From NCBI GenBank assembly GCA_964203655.1, contig CAXNMJ010000005.1, positions 52,407 to 116,406 on the forward strand: DNA of 64,000 nt. Direction: 5' to 3'. Below are positions 39,027-46,825 of the stretch, one piece after another (within the stretch, counting starts at the first letter, position 1; every line of letters starts with the position of its first letter). Source of the DNA: Ilumatobacteraceae bacterium. Its GTDB lineage: Bacteria; Actinomycetota; Acidimicrobiia; Acidimicrobiales; Ilumatobacteraceae. The notes beneath the pieces are model-generated. The model was not told the origin of the DNA. It saw only the letters and a program-made list of their open reading frames with translations, and did no database searches. Made by a program: the position numbers and the translations under genes.

Positions 39027-39773
39027 CAGATCAAACCCGAATAAGCGCCACCATCAACTTGCAAGTTGGCACCGGTAATAAATTTGGCGGACTCGCTGCA
39101 CAAAAATGCCGTTACGTTGCCAAAATCTTTTGGATCTCCAATAACACCTGCAGGAATACCCATGGTGCCAACATCTGGTGTTGAGCCATACAACTGGGTG
39201 ATGCGATCAGTCGCGTGAATACCCGGCTGAATTGTGTTCACCGTGACGCCGTCGGGTGCGACTTCGCGAGACACGGTTTTCAAAAAGCCGGTTAATCCTG
39301 CTCGCACTGTGTTTGACAAGATCAAAGATGCAATCGGCTGACGCACGGCAACCGAAGTTATCGCGACTACTCTGCCCCACTTGCGTGTTTGCATCGCGGG
39401 CACAACTAGTTTCGTCATCGCGATCATCGACATCAAACCGTTTTGTAAAGCAGTTTCGTAACTAGCGACATCGGTGCTGGCGAAGTTGCCTGCCGGTGGC
39501 CCGCCACTGTTGAGAATTAAAATATCAATTTGCCCAAGAGTTTTTGTGGCTTGGGCGATGAAGCTCTCGCCACCACTAACTGTTGAAACATCGGCAACAA
39601 TGCCAACACATGAGTGGCCAATTTTTGCGGCGGCATCTGCCACGCGCTTGGCGTCACGGCCACACATACACGACCCGCACACCGTCATTGGCCAGTGCCT
39701 GTGCCGTGGCAAAGCCAAGGCCAGCCGAGCCGCCCGCAACTGCAGCGGTGCGACCAGTAAGCCCAAGATCCAT
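39026..39773 (-). pseudogene. Short-chain dehydrogenase/reductase (SDR) with an apparent +1 frameshift after codon ~35
   Basis: ATG 39773 encodes MDLGLTGRTAAVAGGSAGLGFATAQALANDGVRVV(YVWP*), a Rossmann TGxxxGxG-type start. The rest (..MCGRDAKRVADAA...ILILNSGGP...ITSVAVRQP....) is in the +1 frame (ORF 39026..39766). The junction is within GTCGTGTATGTGTGG (about 39661-39672). Confidence 0.8.
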
Positions 39774-39804
39774 AAGGGTTCAGGTTAGTTCTGAGACGGC
39801 ACTA

Positions 39805-39825
39805 GCGACTTAGGCGACTTATAAT
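39805..39825 (+). promoter_or_regulatory. Tandem 8-mer direct repeat overlapping a TATAAT box in the SDR / FAD-oxidase divergent region
   Basis: GCGACTTA-g-GCGACTTA (39805-39812 and 39814-39821). TATAAT lies at 39820-39825, 25 nt upstream of ATG 39851. No convincing -35 box was seen. Confidence 0.3.
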
Positions 39826-39850
39826 TAGCCCTGTTAGGTGGTGAGACCCA

Positions 39851-41284
39851 ATGGGCCGATCGGCAATTCCGCCGCGGTCGAGCGAGCGTTACCTTGATGC
39901 AATAGCCGACGCGGAGACGTTTCCGTATTGGCTAGACGACGTTGACGAGCCCGACTCGAACCCCACAGCAGTTCACAACGAAGACTGCGACCTGTGCGTG
40001 GTTGGTGGCGGTTTCACGGGTCTTTGGACGGCGATAATCGCCAAACAACGCAACGCCAATAGCGAAGTCGTGTTGATTGAAGCACACGAAATTGGTTCTG
40101 GCGCAAGTAGCCGTAACGGCGGCTTCATGGATTATTCGTTGACTCATGGCATCGCCAACGCACAAGAGAGATTTCCTGACGAGGTTGCAGTTCTTGAACA
40201 ACTCGGCAGAGACAACATAACTGAAATTGAAAAAGTAATTCGCGACTACAAAATTGATTGCGACTTTGAGCGAAACGGCGCAATCGAAGTTGCCAGCAGT
40301 TGGCACCCTGAGAATTACACCGATGAATTGCAGCAAGACTATTTACAACTGCGCGAACTTGGTCACGACGTTGAGTGGTTAGATCTCGAAGCGATGCGCT
40401 CTGAAGTGCACTCGCCCGTTTTTACGGGTGGTCTGTGGGCAAAAGATACATCGGCGCTGGTTGACCCTGCTCGCCTGGCATGGGGGCTAAAGCGCGTTGC
40501 AGAAACTCTTGGCGTCAGAATTTACGAAGACACGCGCGCAGTCGATTTGAACGACACCAAGAAAAACATCGAGATAAAAACACCGCTCGCAAAAATCAAA
40601 GCCAAGAACGTCGCACTTGCAACGAACACGTTCAAGCCGTTGTTACGACAGATGAATAAATACATTGCTCCCGTCTACGACTATTGCTTGGTCACTGAGC
40701 CACTTTCTTCAGAACAACTCGCAAGTATTGGTTGGAAGAATCGCCAAGGCCTCGCAGATTGCTCAAACCAGTTTCACTATTTCAGATTGACTGCCGACAA
40801 CCGAGTTCTGTGGGGCGGCTATGACGCAATTTATTATTTCGGCGGTCAGATGGACAAAGAACTTGAATCTCGACCCGAGACATGGGCGACGCTCTCGCAA
40901 CAGTTCTTCACGACATTTCCACAACTTGAAGGCGTCAAGTTTTCGCACATGTGGGGTGCGCCGATTGATACATGCGCGCGATACAGCGTTTTTTGGGGCA
41001 CGCACTTTGACAACCGCGTGGCGTATGCGCTCGGCTACACGGGTCTAGGTGTTGGTGCATCTCGATTTGGTGGCGAAGTAATGCTCGACCTGCTTGCAGG
41101 CAACGAAACACGTGCAACGCGCACAGAGTTTGTGCAAACAAAACCCCGGGCGTTTCCACCTGAGCCGTTCAGATTCATCGGCATTCAAGCCACCAAGTGG
41201 TCGCTTGATTACGAAGACCGCACTGGCAAGCGCAATCTATGGCTGCGTCTACTTGACCGACTGGGCTTGGGCTTTGACTCGTGA
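39851..41284 (+). CDS. FAD-dependent oxidoreductase (DAO family, PuuB/OrdL-like)
   Basis: 477 aa. Dinucleotide-binding CDLCVVGGGFTGLWTAIIA and ..GSGASSRNGGF... Confidence 0.75.
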   Translation: MGRSAIPPRSSERYLDAIADAETFPYWLDDVDEPDSNPTAVHNEDCDLCVVGGGFTGLWTAIIAKQRNANSEVVLIEAHEIGSGASSRNGGFMDYSLTHGIANAQERFPDEVAVLEQLGRDNITEIEKVIRDYKIDCDFERNGAIEVASSWHPENYTDELQQDYLQLRELGHDVEWLDLEAMRSEVHSPVFTGGLWAKDTSALVDPARLAWGLKRVAETLGVRIYEDTRAVDLNDTKKNIEIKTPLAKIKAKNVALATNTFKPLLRQMNKYIAPVYDYCLVTEPLSSEQLASIGWKNRQGLADCSNQFHYFRLTADNRVLWGGYDAIYYFGGQMDKELESRPETWATLSQQFFTTFPQLEGVKFSHMWGAPIDTCARYSVFWGTHFDNRVAYALGYTGLGVGASRFGGEVMLDLLAGNETRATRTEFVQTKPRAFPPEPFRFIGIQATKWSLDYEDRTGKRNLWLRLLDRLGLGFDS

Positions 41285-41301
41285 TCTTCTAGCCTGACGA
41301 G

Positions 41302-42219
41302 ATGAGTTTGCAGTCTGTTGCCGACGTGCGCAACGCTCTTGACGAGCAAAACTACATCGCCAGTGACGGCTTGGCGACCGCGGTATTTTTAGCAATCTCA
41401 CTAAATCGACCGCTGTTACTTGAAGGCGAAGCAGGCGTGGGTAAAACCGAACTTGCCAAAGCACTCGCAACAATTCGACAAAGCGAACTTATTCGTCTGC
41501 AATGTTACGAAGGTATTGACGCCGCTCAAGCAATGTACGACTGGGACTATTCACGACAGTTGTTGCATCTGCGCACCGTTGAAGCCACGGGCGAAGCGAC
41601 ACAACTCGGTGCCGACAAACTTGAGGGTCAGTTATATAGCGAAAAGTTTTTGATTCGCCGAGCGCTGCTTCGTGCGATTGACCAACATGCAGGTGCTTCG
41701 CCGGTTCTACTGATCGACGAAATCGATCGCGCTGACGACGAGTTTGAAGCATATTTGTTAGAAGTTTTGTCAGACTTTCAAATCACGATTCCTGAACTTG
41801 GCACATACAAAGCAACAACCCCACCACTAGTTGTGTTGACTTCAAATCGCACCCGAGATGTGCACGATGCTCTAAAGCGTCGATGCTTGTATCACTGGGT
41901 TGAACACCCCGACTTTGATCGTGAAGTCGAAATTGTTACGCGACGCGTGCCACAAGTTGATGCAACACTCGCCCGACAAGTTGCCGGCGCCGTTGAGTCA
42001 CTTCGCAAGATGCAGCTCTACAAACCACCTGGTGTTGCCGAGACAATTGACTGGGCAACAGCTTTGGGACGACTCGGCGTTCGCGAACTTGACGAGTCTG
42101 TAGTGCAAGCAACCCTCGGCACCGTGCTCAAGTATCGCGAAGACCACGAACGTGTGCGCGAAAACGGTGTCGCAACTTTGGTTAAACAGGCCTTTGAGCG
42201 GGGCTTGTACAGCAACTGA
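41302..42219 (+). CDS. MoxR-type AAA+ ATPase (CoxD-like maturation factor)
   Basis: 305 aa. Walker A GEAGVGKTELAKALA and Walker B LLIDEIDRA. The position upstream of a vWA gene matches coxD-coxE. Confidence 0.85.
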   Translation: MSLQSVADVRNALDEQNYIASDGLATAVFLAISLNRPLLLEGEAGVGKTELAKALATIRQSELIRLQCYEGIDAAQAMYDWDYSRQLLHLRTVEATGEATQLGADKLEGQLYSEKFLIRRALLRAIDQHAGASPVLLIDEIDRADDEFEAYLLEVLSDFQITIPELGTYKATTPPLVVLTSNRTRDVHDALKRRCLYHWVEHPDFDREVEIVTRRVPQVDATLARQVAGAVESLRKMQLYKPPGVAETIDWATALGRLGVRELDESVVQATLGTVLKYREDHERVRENGVATLVKQAFERGLYSN

Positions 42220-43380
42220 TGACAGCCAACTCGTCGCCTGCCAACAAAATGGCGGTGGCGTTTGCGCGCATTTTGCGCGGCGCCGGACTAGATGTTCCTC
42301 TCGACTCGGTAATCGTTTTTGTTGGCTGCTCTCACGCAACTCGGTCTAGAGAATCGAGAAAACGTTTATTGGTCGGCACACGCGACGTTGATTCGTCGAC
42401 ACGAAGATGTGCAGATCTTTGACCGTGCATTCAAGGTGTTTTGGGAACAACAAATCGCTGTCGATACAGCCACTTTTGAAGAGCAGCAAGAGTCAATTAC
42501 TTTGCTGGTTGACGACGAAGATGCCAACACCGATGATTCATCGGCCGAACCAATAGAAGATGAAAACACAATCGCTTTGCGGTTTTCAAGAATCGAAACT
42601 TTGCGTGAAAAAGACTTTGCTGCTTACAACCAACTTGAATTGCGCGAAGCAGAACAATTCATGGCCAGTCTAAGATTGGCGGGTCCTCCCAAAAAGTCTC
42701 TGCGCTTGACAAAAACAAATCGTCATGGCGCAAGACACGACATTCGCCGCACAATGCGCGCAACTCTGCAACACGATGGTGAGCCAATCGAGCGTTACTG
42801 GCGCGAACCGAGCACAAAATTGCGACGCCTGGTGGTCTTGCTCGACATTTCTGGCTCAATGGAGCCATACGCCCGAGCGCTTTTGCGCTTCATGCACGCC
42901 GCAGTTGTCGGTCGACAAAAAGTTGAAGCCTTTACTTTCGGCACACGGCTAACTCGCATCACAAAAGAATTGTCAAGCCGCGATCCCGACAAAGCGCTCG
43001 CCCAAACTTCTGCTCAAGTTTCTGACTGGAGCGGCGGCACTCGTCTTGGTGAGTGCCTACAAAGTTTCAATGACAATTGGGGCGTGGGCGGCATGGCACG
43101 TGGCTCGATTTTTGTAATTCTCTCTGACGGTTGGGACCGTGGTGATCCGAAAGTTTTGGCCGACCAGATGTCGCGTCTCAGCCGTGTTGCATACCGCGTG
43201 ATTTGGGTTAACCCGCTCAAGGTGAGCCCTGGCTATGCACCATTGGCTCGTGGCATGGCGGCCGCAATGCCATACATTGATGAGTTCGTCGAAGGACACT
43301 CGCTTGAGGCACTTCGCGAATTAACCGAAGTGATTTCGAAAGACTCAAACGAAAGACGAAAGACAGTTACACATGCGTGA
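42219..43380 (+). pseudogene. vWA-domain protein (CoxE-like) with an apparent +1 frameshift in a T5 run (42316-42320)
   Basis: ORF 42219..42422 starts MTANSSPANKMAVAFARILRGAGLDVPLDSVIVF... The +1 frame continues (L)LAALTQLGLENRENVYWSAHATLIRRHEDVQIFDRAF.. (ORF 42319..43380). The MIDAS-like segment is LLDISGSM. Confidence 0.8.
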
Positions 43381-43690
43381 AATTTTGGGTGACATTGACC
43401 GTTGGCGCGCACAGAACAAACGAATCGCCATTGCCCGCGTTGTCGACATCGAAGGCTCAGGACCACGCGATCCGGGTGCAGCAATGGCAGTCAATCAAGA
43501 TGGTGAAGTTTGTGGGTCGGTCTCGGGTGGTTGTGTCGAAGGTGCCGTCGTGGCTGAAGCCCTAGAAATACTTTCAACCAACAGCCCTGGTCGGCTCGTG
43601 AAGTTTGGCTACTCAGACGACGAGGCATACGCAGTCGGCTTGACTTGTGGAGGCGTAGTACATCTGTTTATTGCGCCTCTCACTTGGTAG
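43373..43690 (+). CDS. Stand-alone XdhC/CoxI N-terminal-domain protein
   Basis: 105 aa. ..RIAIARVVDIEGSGPRDPGAAMAVNQDGEVCGSVSGGCVEGAVV.. is the XdhC_CoxI signature. 8-nt overlap with the vWA gene. Confidence 0.75.
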   Translation: MREILGDIDRWRAQNKRIAIARVVDIEGSGPRDPGAAMAVNQDGEVCGSVSGGCVEGAVVAEALEILSTNSPGRLVKFGYSDDEAYAVGLTCGGVVHLFIAPLTW

Positions 43691-43699
43691 TTGAGTTAA

Positions 43700-44509
43700 A
43701 TGATTTACTCTGCTCTCGCCGAAAGAATTCGCAACAATAAACCTGTCGTTCTACTCACAGTGATTGACGGGCCGAATCTCGGCGCGACCTTGTTGGCTTC
43801 GCCAAGTGGCAGCAAACTCGACACGCTCGGCACACTCGGCGACCCAGAACTTGATCGCGTCGCCGTGCGTGATGCACTAGGTGAACTTGAAGCAGGTCGC
43901 ACCAGCGTGCGCAACTACGGCCCAACCGGACAAGTAACGCCAGAAGACCTGACCGACACACCGATCGTTCGAATATTTGTCGAGTCATATTCACCACCAC
44001 CACAGATGATTATTTTTGGAGCAGTTGACTTCACTGCTGCACTCGCTCGGGTTGCAAAAGTTCTCGGCTACTACGTGGTGGTCTGTGATGCACGTGAAGT
44101 TTTTGCGACAACGCGAAGATTTCCAATGGCTGATGAAGTTCTAGTTACATGGCCAACACCTGTGCTCGCCAAGCGCGGCGACAATCTCGGTGCGCGAGAC
44201 GCAATTTGCATTCTGACTCATGATCCAAAATTTGATGTACCGGCGATTCAAGGAGCCCTCGCTACCAAAGTTGGCTACATCGGGGTTATGGGCAGCCGCA
44301 AGACACACGCCAAGCGACTCGAGCGACTTGCCGAGGTGGGCATCTCAAAGCGTGAGGATCTAGACAGATTGATGTCACCGATCGGTCTTGATATTGGTTC
44401 ACGCACCCCAGAAGAGACAGCGATTTCGATTTGTGCCGAAATCATCGGCAAACGTGTTGGCCGAATTGTTCCGTCACTGTCAAATAGTGATGGCCCGATT
44501 CATAAATAA
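43700..44509 (+). CDS. XdhC-family molybdenum-cofactor insertion chaperone (CoxF/CoxI-like)
   Basis: 269 aa. N-terminal XdhC_CoxI-like segment plus a Rossmann-like XdhC_C part (..MIIFGAVDFTAALARVAKVLGYYVVVCDARE...THDPKFDVPA...YIGVMGSRK..). Confidence 0.85.
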   Translation: MIYSALAERIRNNKPVVLLTVIDGPNLGATLLASPSGSKLDTLGTLGDPELDRVAVRDALGELEAGRTSVRNYGPTGQVTPEDLTDTPIVRIFVESYSPPPQMIIFGAVDFTAALARVAKVLGYYVVVCDAREVFATTRRFPMADEVLVTWPTPVLAKRGDNLGARDAICILTHDPKFDVPAIQGALATKVGYIGVMGSRKTHAKRLERLAEVGISKREDLDRLMSPIGLDIGSRTPEETAISICAEIIGKRVGRIVPSLSNSDGPIHK

Positions 44510-44510
44510 T

Positions 44511-45194
44511 TTATTGCGTTGGGTCAACCCATCGCACCCAATTGATTCGCGACTCGTTGATCTCGTGCACCTCAACATTGCGACCATTCGTAGGCGCTTG
44601 AATAACGATGTTTTGAAAACCGAGTGACATTGAAATATGCCCTGGATACCACGCCAGGTCACCCAGTTGAACTTCGCTCGCCTTGACGCGTTCGCCAACC
44701 GCGTATTGCTGAGCCGAGCCACGTGGCATTTTCAGACCAGCATTCGACCATGCGAACTTGATCAACGCCGAACAGTCGAGCGCTCGGCCTGGTTCGTCGG
44801 CGTTTGTTTTATATGGCACACCCAGTTGAGTTAGTGCCGAAAACAAAACCTTTTGTCGATCGATGCCAGATTGTTGCCAAGACTGCGTCAACTCTTTGCT
44901 ACTGATCTCGAGGTGTTCGGCAATAATCTTTGCGATCGAATTCACCCAGCGCGAAGCAACGTCTTTTTGCTCAACAGCACTGACATTTTCGGCTGCTTCA
45001 AGCGCATCGAGTGCGAGTTGAGCCTGCATCGCCACCCAGGCTGACTCGATTGCTGGCATCGGCTTGGCTGAGACAGCCCCGACGCCGAGACGTCCTGGCA
45101 GTGGGGCCAGCCCGGTTGCCAGCAATAGGCCCAGCAAAAGCGAGGCGCCAAGCGTCTTAATTGATTTTGGGTAATACGAAACTCGTGCTGTCAT
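44511..45194 (-). CDS. Secreted NlpC/P60-family peptidoglycan endopeptidase
   Basis: 227 aa. N-terminal signal/TM segment. The catalytic region is ..GRALDCSALIKFAWSNAGLKMPRGSAQQY...GDLAWYPGHISMSLG.. (Cys and His of NlpC/P60). Confidence 0.85.
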   Translation of the reverse strand: MTARVSYYPKSIKTLGASLLLGLLLATGLAPLPGRLGVGAVSAKPMPAIESAWVAMQAQLALDALEAAENVSAVEQKDVASRWVNSIAKIIAEHLEISSKELTQSWQQSGIDRQKVLFSALTQLGVPYKTNADEPGRALDCSALIKFAWSNAGLKMPRGSAQQYAVGERVKASEVQLGDLAWYPGHISMSLGFQNIVIQAPTNGRNVEVHEINESRINWVRWVDPTQ

Positions 45195-45345
45195 GTTTAT
45201 TTGTCCTTTCGGACCCGCCAGCTGGCAGGCTTTCGACTGTTAAACGACCCTCCGCCCGGAGAACCCAGTTCGCGCCTTACTTATTGCTTGTCATTACCTT
45301 AAACAAGCCGTGTAACACGGTAATAACGAGGTGACTAGATGCCTA
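45195..45345 (-). promoter_or_regulatory. Long structured 5' leader of the NlpC/P60 gene (candidate cis-regulatory RNA and/or operator)
   Basis: The 275-bp gap is unusual for this genome. The leader has hairpins CCGUG-UUA-CACGG, CUUGU-(11 nt)-ACAAG and UCUCC-GGGC-GGAGG. It also has the 10-bp palindrome GCCAGCTGGC (45217-45226) and GUCC-GAAA-GGAC (45203-45214), which covers the AAGGA Shine-Dalgarno. Confidence 0.35.
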
Positions 45346-45469
45346 TAAAGCATGTTTACATCACGATGTAACTTTCGTCACTAATGCACTTGCAAACCTG
45401 TTTGTTTCATGGAGAAAAATTCTCAGCCAATATTTGAAATAAAACTTTGCAAATCTTTAGTATGAAGGC

Positions 45470-45730
45470 ATGCCGATCTCGCTTAAGACACTTGCCGCAA
45501 AAAGTTCATCACAACAAAAAATTGTCGCCAGCGAACTTCGTAAACAAAGAATTAAGGCTGAATTAAGTCAAGACGAACTTGCGCAACGAGCCGGAATCGA
45601 CCGCAAAACAATCAATCGCATCGAGAACGGCCACTTTTCTCCAACGCTAGACACGATTACGCGCTTATGCGTCGTGCTCAAGATAACCCCAGGTACTTTA
45701 TTGGGTAGTGGTCGAAGCACCAAAAAGTAA
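45470..45730 (+). CDS. XRE-family helix-turn-helix transcriptional regulator
   Basis: 86 aa. ..LRKQRIKAELSQDELAQRAGIDRKTINRIENGHFSPTLDTITRLCVVL.. is a classic Cro/C1 HTH. TTGAAA (45434-45439), 18 nt, then TAGTAT (45458-45463) lie just upstream, so the mRNA may be near-leaderless. Confidence 0.85.
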   Translation: MPISLKTLAAKSSSQQKIVASELRKQRIKAELSQDELAQRAGIDRKTINRIENGHFSPTLDTITRLCVVLKITPGTLLGSGRSTKK

Positions 45731-45748
45731 CTCGAGATTGCGGGCGTC

Positions 45749-46351
45749 GTGAAAAACGACGTCGCATCGACTGCAATTTTGTTATCTGCAGGTAGTGGCT
45801 CGAGGTTTTCGGGCACGAATCATAAGTTGCTCACAGAGATCTCGGGGCAAACTGTTTTCGCTTGGGCCCTCAAAAATTTGATGCAAGCAAACTTTCGCCA
45901 CAATATTGTTGTCACCGGAGCGGTCGACTTGTCATCGCAGATTTCTGAGACAATGCTCTCTTCGGATAATTTTCAAATAGTAAAAAACCCAAATTGGCAG
46001 ATGGGCATGGCCAGTAGTTTGCAGTGCGGTCTTCAAATAGCCCAAAGTCTTGGTGCGAGCACCGTGGTTATCGGCCTCGCTGATCAACCTGCAATTACCC
46101 CCTCAAGTTGGCAACGCGTAGCAAGTGCAACAGCGCCTCTGGCTGTTGCCACATATAACGGTGTGCGAGGCAACCCAGTGCGTGTGCATGCCGAACTCTG
46201 GCCGCTGCTACCCACAACAGGCGATGAAGGTGCGCGAAGTTTGTTTAAATCACACCAAGACTTACTCGAAGAAATTGCCTGTGAGGGCTCGGCGCTAGAT
46301 CTTGACACGACTAACGACATCGACACATTGACAAGACTGCTCAGCCAATGA
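45749..46351 (+). CDS. MobA-like nucleotidyltransferase, probable molybdenum cofactor cytidylyltransferase (MocA-like)
   Basis: 200 aa with a GTG start. ILLSAGSGSRFSGTNHKLL and ..VVIGLADQPAITPSSW.. motifs. The context is MCD-dependent CoxL-type enzymes. Confidence 0.7.
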   Translation: MKNDVASTAILLSAGSGSRFSGTNHKLLTEISGQTVFAWALKNLMQANFRHNIVVTGAVDLSSQISETMLSSDNFQIVKNPNWQMGMASSLQCGLQIAQSLGASTVVIGLADQPAITPSSWQRVASATAPLAVATYNGVRGNPVRVHAELWPLLPTTGDEGARSLFKSHQDLLEEIACEGSALDLDTTNDIDTLTRLLSQ

Positions 46352-46809
46352 CCAAGGCTTCAGATCTCGACATAGCCCGTGTCACCGAACTTCTCGGTCG
46401 CAAGCCACAGGGCGATTTTGAAGTCGTCATGCGCGATAAAAACGACGAACCAATAGTCGTAAAAAACGAACCGCTTTTATTTGATGGCACCCCGATGCCG
46501 ACGCGATATTGGCTAGTTGGTCCAAAAGAGCACATGGCTGTCAGCCGCTTGGAGTCAGCCGGCTTTATTGATCTTGCCGAAAGCGAAGTTGACGCCGAAG
46601 AGTTGCGACTAACTCACGAGCGATATGCAGCAGAACGCGACAGCGCAATTCCAAAAGATCACACGGGGCCCCGACCTCACGGTGGTGTCGCAGGCACCCG
46701 AGTAGGTGTCAAGTGTCTGCATGCTCACTATGCAAATTGGCTTGTCAACAAAACTGATGTCGTTGGCCAGTGGGTCGACAGACGACTTCAGCAAGGTTTA
46801 GAGCCCTAA
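46348..46809 (+). CDS. DUF501 domain protein (Rv1025-like)
   Basis: 153 aa. ..PMPTRYWLVGPKE...VSRLESAGFI..., ..GVKCLHAHYANWL... Its position immediately before ppx matches Actinobacteria. Confidence 0.65.
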   Translation: MTKASDLDIARVTELLGRKPQGDFEVVMRDKNDEPIVVKNEPLLFDGTPMPTRYWLVGPKEHMAVSRLESAGFIDLAESEVDAEELRLTHERYAAERDSAIPKDHTGPRPHGGVAGTRVGVKCLHAHYANWLVNKTDVVGQWVDRRLQQGLEP

Positions 46810-46825
46810 CTAGTGTTCGTTACTA

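Noticed and set aside
41302-43380. MoxR-vWA pair as a stand-alone stress or defence module
   Set aside because: It sits immediately downstream of coxS-L-M and upstream of XdhC-type genes. That is the classical coxD-coxE-coxF maturation arrangement.
45195-45345. Canonical ydaO/c-di-AMP riboswitch upstream of NlpC/P60
   Set aside because: The context is right, but by eye I could not find the conserved GGGGA..CCCA and GGGGUGAAUC blocks. I kept it only as a structured leader of unknown type in the findings.
45470-45730. XRE protein as the antitoxin of a toxin-antitoxin pair
   Set aside because: No small partner ORF is adjacent. The next gene is a 200-aa MobA-like nucleotidyltransferase and the upstream neighbour is divergent.
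29835-46351. Genomic island as an integrative mobile element or prophage
   Set aside because: No integrase, recombinase, transposase, phage or conjugation genes were seen. There is no flanking tRNA and no direct repeats at the borders. The right border is a 4-nt gene overlap with a core gene.
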